From contig JBMOKY010000001.1 in the NCBI GenBank assembly GCA_049325535.1, positions 813,942 through 877,941 on the forward strand: a stretch of 64,000 nt of DNA, given 5' to 3'. Made by a program: the position numbers and the translations under genes. The notes under the pieces are model-generated. The model was not told the DNA's origin. It made no database searches and was given only the letters and a program-made list of their open reading frames with translations. The DNA comes from Patescibacteria group bacterium. Lineage in GTDB: Bacteria > Patescibacteriota > Patescibacteriia > UBA10025 > JAHIVO01. Each line of letters begins with the position of its first letter. The stretch's first letter is position 1. Of the stretch, positions 18,021 through 27,126 are shown piece after piece.

Positions 18021-18560
18021 TTAATACAGCGCGTATTCCCACCCTGGTTGCCACTGCCCGCTCCGGCGCCAGTCTGACTGAATCGCCTCGGGCCAGGATT
18101 TTTTGTTGCATAGAACTTCGAGCGCCAGTTGCGGCGCCTGATGTGCAACTATCGCCACGCGCTTGCCGTCATACCGAACTTTGAGAAATGCCAGTACATC
18201 TGCGACACGCCGCTCGACATCGTGATAACTTTCGCCGTTGGGGAATCCGGTGCTGATGTACCGCTCTAAATCATGTTTGAAGTGGTCGGGCTGGCCGTTC
18301 CACTTCCCATAGTTTGCTTCGCGCAACCGCTTGTCCTGAATTATGTCATAGCGTCCACCAAACGCCAGCCGGGCAGAGTCAACCGCCCGTCTCAAATCAG
18401 AACAGAATACCGCGTCAAACTGCTTACCCTTCGCCATCTCGCCTAATATTCGAGCCTGCTCAACACCGAGTTGCGAAAGCTCGCCAGGCAACCAACCGGT
18501 GGCAATCCCGGCTTCATTATCAGTCGTGGTGCCGTGAACGAAGTAGGTAAGGTGAATCAT
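18021..18560 (-). CDS. Histidine phosphatase family protein
   Basis: VHG.T.DN (RHG variant), SDLRRAVDS, LREANYG, PNGES, IVAH. Confidence 0.85.
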   Translation of the reverse strand: MIHLTYFVHGTTTDNEAGIATGWLPGELSQLGVEQARILGEMAKGKQFDAVFCSDLRRAVDSARLAFGGRYDIIQDKRLREANYGKWNGQPDHFKHDLERYISTGFPNGESYHDVERRVADVLAFLKVRYDGKRVAIVAHQAPQLALEVLCNKKSWPEAIQSDWRRSGQWQPGWEYALY

Positions 18561-19471
18561 ATCTGTCGACGCTCCTTGGCCATTTCTTTCTCGACCGCGG
18601 CTAATACCTGAGGTAAATCCTTATACACAAAAGAGGTGAACTGCGCTTTATCCTCCTCGCGCAGGCCACGCAACTTCTCCATCGGCCACCATTCGAGGCA
18701 CGTTGCCTTGCCATCTTCGAGCCGCAGCGTATCCGTGCCCTCTCGAAATCGATACAGATACATACAGCGAAATGCATAATTAATCATTCCATTCTTTTGC
18801 TGATTGCTCTGGCGCTTATTTTTATACATGAAAAATAAATCCTCCGGCTGGACCCGTATCCCCGTCTCCTCTTCCATTTCCATAATCGCCGCGCCAAGGT
18901 ATGTCTGGCCGGCGCTCACATGGCCACCCACCGATGTGTCCAGCTTGCCCGGTGCAATATCTTTATCCGGGGCTCGCCGCTGAAGCAGGATATCCCCCTT
19001 CGCATTATAGATAAACACCCCAACCTCCCGGTGGAGCTCGGCATTCATGTGAATTGCATGACGGTCTCCTTGCCCGATGACATGGTCATGCTCATCCACA
19101 ATATCGAGCCGCTCGGAGCTGCCTGATGATCGAGGAAATTTCAAAACCACAACCATGAGGAATACGCCAACCGCCGGCACCAGATACACCAAATCAAACC
19201 AACCCACCTGGTCAGTGATGGTAGTAATGACATTAAACCCGGCAACCACCAGCGCACCCCACCATGCCCAGCGCCGTCCTCGGCCCAAAAAATACGCCAA
19301 CGTGCCGATGAGCAGTGCATTGACCAATCCAACTGCGCTGTATAGGTAGCGGTAATCGGATCCCTGCCAGAGCCACCACGCTGACCAGCCGATCCATAAA
19401 ACAGACACGACATACATCGCCCACAGGGTCACGCGAATTCGTCGAGATGGCGTCTCTTTCATAAAAACCAT
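18557..19471 (-). CDS. Membrane domain fused to a NUDIX hydrolase (Idi-like)
   Basis: 4 TM, then LDIVDEHD...LHR.V...LLQRR...K...PG..D...GGH and Nudix box GQTYLGAAIMEMEEETGI. Confidence 0.8.
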   Translation of the reverse strand: MVFMKETPSRRIRVTLWAMYVVSVLWIGWSAWWLWQGSDYRYLYSAVGLVNALLIGTLAYFLGRGRRWAWWGALVVAGFNVITTITDQVGWFDLVYLVPAVGVFLMVVVLKFPRSSGSSERLDIVDEHDHVIGQGDRHAIHMNAELHREVGVFIYNAKGDILLQRRAPDKDIAPGKLDTSVGGHVSAGQTYLGAAIMEMEEETGIRVQPEDLFFMYKNKRQSNQQKNGMINYAFRCMYLYRFREGTDTLRLEDGKATCLEWWPMEKLRGLREEDKAQFTSFVYKDLPQVLAAVEKEMAKERRQI

Positions 19472-19472
19472 G

Positions 19473-20084
19473 TTAATGCTCGTTTGAGGCAATCACCGAT
19501 CGTTTGTTTACAAAAAATCCATAATACACCGCAGTGAAATTGAGTACCATGTGCGCTGCTGAAGCGACGATCAAATTGGGGAATACGGAATATAGGGCGC
19601 TGAAACCAAGCCCCGCTACCAGTGCCAGCGGCAGATGCACTCGCCAGTTTCCATAGATGCTATGCATGATGGCAAAAAGAACGGCATTGATGATGACGGC
19701 CGCCCAGACGACGTCAGTCAGCTCAATCAACTGGCGCAGAGAAAATGACATGAACACGTACTGCTGGCCGATGCTGATGGGGATGAACCAATATCGAAAA
19801 TGCGTGTCCTGACGCCAGTCGGTATGGGGCGCCTGACCCAATACCATCGACAGCCAACGCAAAAAAACGCACCCCGTCACCGCAAATATCCCATAGGCCA
19901 ACAGTGTGGCGACTATATAGTCGGTATGGATGCCGATATCGGCCAGGGTGGTGCGTCGAATGAAAAAAACACCGCTGATAGCCAGTACCACCCCGGTAAG
20001 TAGATACCACCGCCACCGAGCGCGGATCATGCCGGAAGTAATCAATGCCAGCGGTAGGATTATCATAAAAACGAATTCGACCAT
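19473..20084 (-). CDS. CPBP (CAAX/Abi) family intramembrane protein, EE motif degenerate
   Basis: Multi-TM; QQYVF in place of EExxFR; FAIMH; HMVLN. Confidence 0.75.
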   Translation of the reverse strand: MVEFVFMIILPLALITSGMIRARWRWYLLTGVVLAISGVFFIRRTTLADIGIHTDYIVATLLAYGIFAVTGCVFLRWLSMVLGQAPHTDWRQDTHFRYWFIPISIGQQYVFMSFSLRQLIELTDVVWAAVIINAVLFAIMHSIYGNWRVHLPLALVAGLGFSALYSVFPNLIVASAAHMVLNFTAVYYGFFVNKRSVIASNEH

Positions 20085-20085
20085 A

Positions 20086-21036
20086 CTACTTATAATACAC
20101 CATTTCAAAGTAACTTGTGGTTGGCGCTGCGGTAGTACCGGCCAGGATGCCGGAATTGGCATGGTGCAGTACGGTATACCCGGTTATTCCTCGCTGAGAC
20201 AGCCAGAAGAGCAGCAGTGCTATCGAGGGCGGCGAATCCAGGTAATCATTGAAGCGCGCGCCAAACGACAAAATAGTCTGGTAGTCGAGCGTCTCCAGAG
20301 CGGCCCGTGTCACATGGTCATGCGCCTCAGCTTCTGGCACTGACAGGTAATGGGAAAAATCGACGGCCGCCACGACTACGGTTTGATCATCGAAGTGCTG
20401 ATCCAGCAGCGCCACCAGCCGCTGCAGCTCCGGCAGCCGCAATTCCGCTTTCAGAATAACCGGTACGACGGTCGTTCCGGGCAAGTAATGACCAATAAAT
20501 GGCATGATGGCTGATACCGAATGCTCATTGACCGCTACGTGATCATTGGCCAAGGCATATCCCCCGTCAACCAGCGCCTGAACCAATCCTTGATCGGCTT
20601 CGACGAGCCCATTTGCCGTTTTCCAGGAAGCGGCCGTGGTCTGCACCAAACCGCTGCCGACCTCGTGGTGATTCGGTCCGATCAGAATGATACGCTGGGG
20701 CTGCTGCGACTGCAACCCCTGAAAAAAATGGGCGATATACTCCCCGCGGGTAAAATCATGGGGGATAATGGCACCCAGTACTTTTTTTTCCGGAAACGCC
20801 GGCCCGAGCTGAATCGCCCGCTCTACCGAACGCTGGAACTGATTTGGGTAGTAGTACGGCGTTTCCAGAATGCGTACTGATTGCGGTCTGTTCATCTTCG
20901 GATTACCAGCATCAACCGTACTGATGATGGTACTGCTGATGGCGACGATGCCCGGCAGGGCGATGGCCAGCACCACGATGAAGTGCCAGCGTTTCAGTGT
21001 GCGGCTATTCGATGGTGACGCTGGTGGATGTGCCAT
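20086..21036 (-). CDS. MEMO1 / AmmeMemoRadiSam protein B-like, N-terminal TM
   Basis: IIPHD, ILIGPNH, EHS....PF, VDFSHY, TTSY. Confidence 0.88.
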   Translation of the reverse strand: MAHPPASPSNSRTLKRWHFIVVLAIALPGIVAISSTIISTVDAGNPKMNRPQSVRILETPYYYPNQFQRSVERAIQLGPAFPEKKVLGAIIPHDFTRGEYIAHFFQGLQSQQPQRIILIGPNHHEVGSGLVQTTAASWKTANGLVEADQGLVQALVDGGYALANDHVAVNEHSVSAIMPFIGHYLPGTTVVPVILKAELRLPELQRLVALLDQHFDDQTVVVAAVDFSHYLSVPEAEAHDHVTRAALETLDYQTILSFGARFNDYLDSPPSIALLLFWLSQRGITGYTVLHHANSGILAGTTAAPTTSYFEMVYYK

Positions 21037-24000
21037 AATTCACACTGGAGCGCACCACGAATCCCTGCACCACCGGCGCATCGGCAGTAAAGGTACCCTT
21101 GCCAGTCACCAGGGCGTAGTAATAAAACTCCTGGGACGTCCGGCCGGTCCAAAATTTTACCGCCTGACCATTGACCTCGTAGGGATACCGGTACAACTGT
21201 TCATACGGTACATTTCGAGAAGAAAGATTGGACAGCAGTTTCAAACCGGCCGGCAGATAATCGGTCACCTGATACTCCGTATCCAGAGCACCGCTGCTGA
21301 TTGACGGTTTCAGTGTCACCCGGACGATATCATTTGCCCGGAATATCGTCGTTGGTTGACCATTGACGGTGTACTCCCGCGTGATGCTCAGATTCGCATC
21401 AGTGAGCGCCGATGCAGGGTCGACCGGCTGTTGGTAGGAGCTTATCACTCCGACTTCGCCCTCGATACCGCTGAACGTGATGGCCGAGAGCTGTTCTGGG
21501 GTTACTGACAGTGCATAGGTATCTGCATCTTCCAGAATAACTGATTTTGTCTCCCCATCAAGCGTATAGCTGAAACGTACCGGATCTCCGCTCAAAAGCG
21601 GTACTGCCGTCTGAATATACGCCAGCTGATCGATCGTATGCAGCGTCAGATTAGCCGGATGCGCCAGCGCGTATTGATACAGTTTTGGAGCCTCTTCCGA
21701 GGACACTGCCGCAGCGAGCACGGCCGCCTGGTACGTATACTCAGTATAGTCATCCTGGGTAGTGCCGAGCTGGACTTCGATATACGGATCAGCAGCATGG
21801 CCGTGCTCATTCAAGACCTCTTGCAGCAGGGTAGCGGCATACTCGGAAGCACCGAGCTGAGCCACCGCCCGTGCCAGATACAGCTTCAGCTCTGCGGAAA
21901 CATCGTGGTGTGCCATGAAAATATTGATATCAGTCAGTACGGGCTCACCGAGATTTGCCAATCCCAGCAAAGCATAGACAATCTCATCGGTGTTACTCTG
22001 GCGGTTATTGAGCACGCTGTAGAAATAATCACGGCCGGCAATCGCATCAAACAACCCAGGTGCCACTCCAAATGTCTTCGCGGTGGTCAATAACTCAGCC
22101 GATGAATAGGGCAAGAGGGATATGCCACCCTCAGGCAATTGGTAATCGGTAAAGGTGATGGCCGGAAGCGTGCCGTCTTCGCCGAAATACTCATTCAGCA
22201 GCGATTGAGCCTGATACCGTCCGAGCTGTTGCTCAATCCGGTCGCCGTACGACCAGATCAGCGCCTGCAGATCACGGTAAAACTGGCCCCGTTCGAGATT
22301 GGTAAAGACCAGGGATGTGCGGCGGTCCGCGCTACCGGAGAGCGGGGCGGCTGGTTCCAGCCGATAATACTGCGTCGTACCGACGGTGATATGGGAATCA
22401 TGGTACTGCATGGTTTTGATCACAGCATCGGTAGAGCTCCCCTGTTTTCCTTCCACGCGGATCTGATGGGTGCCCGCCGGAAAATCCGGGAGTCCCACCG
22501 CCACGGTGTCCTGGGCACCCGCTGAACGGGTAATCACATCCTCAGAGAATCCGGGAAACGTGATGGTATAGGTCACCGCCGTATCTGGATCGACCGCCCG
22601 ACCGAAACTCCGCAGCAGCACCTGTGGCGCGTCCCCCACCACATAGTCCCCGGCTACCGCCACGTCCACGAAATACGGCTGAGTGGCGATGAGTGCGGTT
22701 TGCGCGGCTTGTGCCTGCAGATCCTTGGTCAACGCATGTACGGTAGTCTGCCAGGACGTAATATTGTCCGGCAGCTTAAACGTAACCGAGGCGTTTCCGG
22801 ATCGGTCAGTGGTGGTGCTGCCGAAATACGCGATGTCCTGAAAATTCTGGCGGCCACCACCCTTTTCATTGTGTACGTAGATGCCGTCCGCGATGAAAGT
22901 ATGGTACGGTTCGGTAGTCAGATTGTATACGTCAATCTGATGATACTGACGGATAATCGAATGAATCACCACGCGACTGCCCTGCTGGTCGATGAGCCAG
23001 TCTCCGACCCGTGCGCTGCCGATCGTCTGCCACGACCCATTCAGCAAAACGACATGTTCCGGCGTGACGCGCAGGGAACCATTGATCACCAGATATTCCG
23101 CCACGCGGTGCTCAAATGTATTGGTGACGGTGGCACTGACCAGTTCATCGCTCCCGACCGCCGGATGCGTGGCCACTGAATCACCGATCCGAATCTCCCC
23201 AATGTGTTTGGTCGTGCCATCTGCCATGAGGATGGTGGTATCGCCGCTGAAACAGCCTCCCCCCTCGGCCATGGCATTCAGCTCTGCTTTATGCGTCTGG
23301 TATGAATACACAATCGGTGATGGTAAATACTGATACAGCGTACTCAACACCTCTGCAGGATTTGCCCACTGGATGGCGGTCAGCGCCTCGTCGATGGCGG
23401 ACACATTGACCGTCGCGGTCACGGGATTATTGGCAGAGTCAGTCACATGAATATCCAGAGTCACATCTTCACCCGGACGATACGCCGGCTGATCCGGCGA
23501 CAACTGAATCTGCAGAGCTTTCAGACTCCGATCATAGTTCAGTTGTAGACCGTCAGTCAGGGCATACCCCCGACCGTCAAAATAGAGTCCATATACGTAG
23601 ATATTTGGGGCATAGCTCTCCCGAAACGTAAATGACATGCCCGGCTGATTGGTAGGATAGAGGTCAAACAGGTTGGTCTGACCTTTGAAGAAGAGGATGT
23701 TTTTTTCCTGAGTGGCACCGACTATTTCATCATTCCGGTACAGAGATACCGCCACATTATCTCCGGGTCGAAAATCGCCTATGCCGCTCTCGTCCTGAGC
23801 GTCCACGGCCACATGATACTGGACAAATCCCTGCGAAGCCGCCCAGTAGTCCCATGACCCCTGGTATAAGTACGAGGTCGAGGTGGCCTCCCGGCCATCA
23901 GGATCGGTGACGCGGACTTCGATACGATAATTCTGATCAGCTGCCGGCTGAAAACCGGCAGTATAGGCACCGTCAGTGTTGGTTACTGCCGAGAGGGTGG

Positions 24001-26440
24001 CAATTTCATCCGAGTGTGACTGATAATCATAAGTTTTATACGTTTTTTTGCTGATGATGTCATAGCGTGTACCGGTTTCCGTCTTGGTATAGTATTCGTG
24101 GAATACCGTCATGGCTATAGCGGCATTAGGAATAGGATCGCCCTCATATTCCCAAGAAAATTCATCAGCAGCGGCATTGATCGTTTCTAAATCAATCGCA
24201 TGTACCGAGCCCGATACAAAGCCTTCCTGGTTCACGCTACTATCCACGGTATAGCGAGGACCAAATGAATAAATGTACGCATCGGTATAGATGCCGGACA
24301 ATTCGGCATTGGTCGGATGCACGGAGAAATATTCATACTCCGGATAATACCCCCCGCTGTAGCTCGTGCCCAGCACTACCCGTGCCGTGCCATCCGCATC
24401 GGTCGTCACTGTGCCGGTGCCCAGCGCTCCCGTATACTGCAGCTCCAGATTACCCACCGGCGTCCCATCATAAAACATGGCGGTGATGTCAAAGATAGCG
24501 TCTTCCCCTTCGAATATCGCTTTCTTTGGCGTCGACACTTCAATTTTATACGCAGGCTTCGTATAGGTGGCCACCTCCACATACTGTGACAGTATTTCAG
24601 TGCCGTCTACGGTGACACCCAAACGATAACTGCCCGGATTGAGGTGACGATAGTCGATCGACCCCTCATACGTCCCGTAGTCAGACACCGGTACTTCCTG
24701 AGTAGCGATGATTTCATCCTCCATCGACGTGTAATAATTGGCACTTTTCGTAAACGTGATGGTCGCCGCCTGTGGCCCGCGAACATCCGCCCGGGGGCGG
24801 ATGACCCCCCAAAACTTCACGCTGTCGTCCGGCGAGTAGAGTGTCCGATTGGTATACAGATACGTCCAGTAGTCCCGCGAAGCATTATTCATGAACCCAT
24901 TAAACTCATAGTGCGGAATCACAGGCACCAGTAGGTCGCCACGCTCGGTATGGACGGTAAAAAAACTGGCGGCGAGTGGTGCGTCGGATGACCGGTCAGC
25001 GATGTCCGATGGCGTAGCAAAAGAAGCTAAGCCGTCACGGTCAGTCTCCGCGCTGAATGCCGCATCGCCGGAATATCCGATCGAGGCGTCACTGACCGGC
25101 GCCTGCGTACCGAGATCATGTACCCAGATAAACGAATTGTCGGGGCTGGATTGATAGCTGGCGGTCAGCTGCCCCACCTGCAGAAATGCCTGGGCTTTTG
25201 TGTCGCCATAGGGTACCTGAACCAGATAGTACCCGGCCGGCAGAGCTTCCGGGAATTCAATGTATTGGAAATAATCAGATGATTTCTTTTCCGCGTCAAA
25301 AGTTGCCTGGAGCGTCAGTGAATCCGTGGCATACGGATGCGTACGCCAGGCATACGCCGCCCAATACGGCAAGCTGGCGAACGACTGTACGGCATCGGTA
25401 AATTCGCGGAATGAAGTAAATGCATATACCTGAACCGGAATGGCGGTCAGCCCGGAATTATATTCACTCACGGTCATGACCGGCGCTTCAGAAGACGGAT
25501 ACTCAAAAAATTCCTTAGTAAAATCAAAATACCCATACGACTCTTGAGATTGATCAGTTTCGAACTGAAACTGGTAATCAGCAACCAGGGTGTCGTCGCT
25601 CCCGTCCAATGGCAGTCCGGCCCGTACCGTGACAGTGTAGACGGTCATGGGTGCCAAGCTATCGGGCACAAATACCAGCGTTTTGCGGTATTGCTCAAAA
25701 CGCCCACTCACCGCCGGCGAGATGGATACATACTGCTCATACTCCCGGAAATTTTCATGGGAAAAAGTAATCTCGATGCCAGAGTCACGCGGCACGGTGG
25801 TTGCCTGATCCCGCGGCACGGTGGACATTACTTTAAACGTGTCCTTGGTCTGATAGGCCCACTGATACTCACGTTTCTGTTCATCCCCAACCGTCTGTGC
25901 GACCATGCTGAATTGATAAATTGTACCATCGTCCAGCGGTTGACTCGGGGTAATGGTAAACGTATTTGTATCAGAAGAATGCACCGCGTAGGCAATGGCG
26001 GGCTCGATCTGCAAATTACCCTCCACGGTGGCTACGTCAATTGGCAGTGAGCTGGTCAAGGTAAATGAGGTGGCGGTATCCACGCCCAGAATATCTCCTG
26101 AATCCGCCGACAGCTTCAGCTGCACGTCCGCATCAGTGAGAATGACCGGGATAGTCCGGGTATCCGAAATCGACTCGGGCCCAAACCAGACATACCCAAA
26201 CAATCCACAGGCGACCAGGGCGGCGAGCGAGGATAGAACGATTAATGACCGTTTCATAGACATGGGAATAAATGATAAAAATGCTGGCTGGTCAATCTCC
26301 TGCGGCGATTGACGACGTTGCATTTCCGACGCGGCGATCAGGCGCGCCCTGATCCGTCGGCTGGCTGCATCGTCCATCGTCGGCGGGGTGCCATGATGTA
26401 ACAGCCGTTTGACACTATGGATATCGAAAGGGGTTTTCAT
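21005..26440 (-). CDS. Membrane-anchored alpha-2-macroglobulin-like protein with Ig-like domains and an internal Hint domain
   Basis: TM; Big_5-like units; YTNRTLYSPDDSVKFWG (MG2); Y.KP.YKI; YRPGEDV; R.NF..IAYF..TTD..G...F.LPDNITSW; C-terminal receptor-binding-like D.LP.GL. Confidence 0.9.
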   Translation of the reverse strand: MKTPFDIHSVKRLLHHGTPPTMDDAASRRIRARLIAASEMQRRQSPQEIDQPAFLSFIPMSMKRSLIVLSSLAALVACGLFGYVWFGPESISDTRTIPVILTDADVQLKLSADSGDILGVDTATSFTLTSSLPIDVATVEGNLQIEPAIAYAVHSSDTNTFTITPSQPLDDGTIYQFSMVAQTVGDEQKREYQWAYQTKDTFKVMSTVPRDQATTVPRDSGIEITFSHENFREYEQYVSISPAVSGRFEQYRKTLVFVPDSLAPMTVYTVTVRAGLPLDGSDDTLVADYQFQFETDQSQESYGYFDFTKEFFEYPSSEAPVMTVSEYNSGLTAIPVQVYAFTSFREFTDAVQSFASLPYWAAYAWRTHPYATDSLTLQATFDAEKKSSDYFQYIEFPEALPAGYYLVQVPYGDTKAQAFLQVGQLTASYQSSPDNSFIWVHDLGTQAPVSDASIGYSGDAAFSAETDRDGLASFATPSDIADRSSDAPLAASFFTVHTERGDLLVPVIPHYEFNGFMNNASRDYWTYLYTNRTLYSPDDSVKFWGVIRPRADVRGPQAATITFTKSANYYTSMEDEIIATQEVPVSDYGTYEGSIDYRHLNPGSYRLGVTVDGTEILSQYVEVATYTKPAYKIEVSTPKKAIFEGEDAIFDITAMFYDGTPVGNLELQYTGALGTGTVTTDADGTARVVLGTSYSGGYYPEYEYFSVHPTNAELSGIYTDAYIYSFGPRYTVDSSVNQEGFVSGSVHAIDLETINAAADEFSWEYEGDPIPNAAIAMTVFHEYYTKTETGTRYDIISKKTYKTYDYQSHSDEIATLSAVTNTDGAYTAGFQPAADQNYRIEVRVTDPDGREATSTSYLYQGSWDYWAASQGFVQYHVAVDAQDESGIGDFRPGDNVAVSLYRNDEIVGATQEKNILFFKGQTNLFDLYPTNQPGMSFTFRESYAPNIYVYGLYFDGRGYALTDGLQLNYDRSLKALQIQLSPDQPAYRPGEDVTLDIHVTDSANNPVTATVNVSAIDEALTAIQWANPAEVLSTLYQYLPSPIVYSYQTHKAELNAMAEGGGCFSGDTTILMADGTTKHIGEIRIGDSVATHPAVGSDELVSATVTNTFEHRVAEYLVINGSLRVTPEHVVLLNGSWQTIGSARVGDWLIDQQGSRVVIHSIIRQYHQIDVYNLTTEPYHTFIADGIYVHNEKGGGRQNFQDIAYFGSTTTDRSGNASVTFKLPDNITSWQTTVHALTKDLQAQAAQTALIATQPYFVDVAVAGDYVVGDAPQVLLRSFGRAVDPDTAVTYTITFPGFSEDVITRSAGAQDTVAVGLPDFPAGTHQIRVEGKQGSSTDAVIKTMQYHDSHITVGTTQYYRLEPAAPLSGSADRRTSLVFTNLERGQFYRDLQALIWSYGDRIEQQLGRYQAQSLLNEYFGEDGTLPAITFTDYQLPEGGISLLPYSSAELLTTAKTFGVAPGLFDAIAGRDYFYSVLNNRQSNTDEIVYALLGLANLGEPVLTDINIFMAHHDVSAELKLYLARAVAQLGASEYAATLLQEVLNEHGHAADPYIEVQLGTTQDDYTEYTYQAAVLAAAVSSEEAPKLYQYALAHPANLTLHTIDQLAYIQTAVPLLSGDPVRFSYTLDGETKSVILEDADTYALSVTPEQLSAITFSGIEGEVGVISSYQQPVDPASALTDANLSITREYTVNGQPTTIFRANDIVRVTLKPSISSGALDTEYQVTDYLPAGLKLLSNLSSRNVPYEQLYRYPYEVNGQAVKFWTGRTSQEFYYYALVTGKGTFTADAPVVQGFVVRSSVNYGTSTSVTIE
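22868..23254 (-). other. Hint (intein-like) domain, residues 1063-1191 of the A2M-like protein
   Basis: Block A CFSGDTTILMADG, block B VTPEH, block F VYNLT, block G IYVHN; no endonuclease; +1 residue is Glu. Confidence 0.92.
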
Positions 26441-26994
26441 AAATCAGCGACGTTGAGTAATTGCTTAAGTTTTCGGATGCCTCGAAATTTAAGCACTCGG
26501 ACATGAACCATGGTGGTCTCCATCAGCGCCGCGATGTCCGCCGTATCCATATCCTCGAGACATGACAGCTGGATAACTCGGCGCATCTGATCGGGAAGTT
26601 GGACAATTGCCTGGCGGACCCTTTCGCTACGCGCGTCATATGTCAGTTCAGCCGGCTCAACGGCCACGGGCGAATGCCGGCCCACTACGATCTGATCCAG
26701 AGAAAGCGTCTCACCCCGCTGTCGATAATGATCGACAAGGCGATGGCGGGCTATTTGAAAGAGCCAGGCGGAAAAAGGAGTGGCAGTGCGGGCTACAAAG
26801 CGCGGCAAAGAACGGATCATTTCCAGGAATACCGTCTGGGTCAGGTCCTCGGCTGTTTCCCGGATGCCGACCCGATAGTAAAAGAAGCGGTATATTCGCT
26901 GATGAAATTCATCATATAGCCGCCCAACGCTCTCCGTATCGCCCGATTGAGCCTGGCGTACGATACCCAGAATATCCGCTTCATCAACCCCCAT
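26437..26994 (-). CDS. ECF RNA polymerase sigma factor
   Basis: AEDLTQTVFL, FSAWLFQIARH..VD.YR, region 4 IAALM....V....RG; ATGA overlap with the A2M-like gene. Confidence 0.95.
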   Translation of the reverse strand: MGVDEADILGIVRQAQSGDTESVGRLYDEFHQRIYRFFYYRVGIRETAEDLTQTVFLEMIRSLPRFVARTATPFSAWLFQIARHRLVDHYRQRGETLSLDQIVVGRHSPVAVEPAELTYDARSERVRQAIVQLPDQMRRVIQLSCLEDMDTADIAALMETTMVHVRVLKFRGIRKLKQLLNVADL

Positions 26995-27001
26995 ACTCTC
27001 T

Positions 27002-27029
27002 ATATCGTATCAATCGATAAATCGTTACA
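27002..27029 (-). promoter_or_regulatory. Putative ECF autoregulatory promoter TGTAAC-N16-CGATAT
   Basis: Matches the AAC (-35) / CG (-10) ECF promoter pattern; -10 box ends 7 nt before the sigma ATG. Confidence 0.7.
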
Positions 27030-27126
27030 GCTCCGCGCTTCCCATGATATGCGCAGTGCTGAAACGGTCGTGTACTCGATCAACGTAAGTATACTGCCAA
27101 ACCAGCGCCCACTTCAATCCGACCGA

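Noticed and set aside
22868-23254. Canonical mobile intein
   Set aside because: No homing endonuclease, +1 residue is Glu, and the host is an exported protein; treated as a Hint/BIL-type domain
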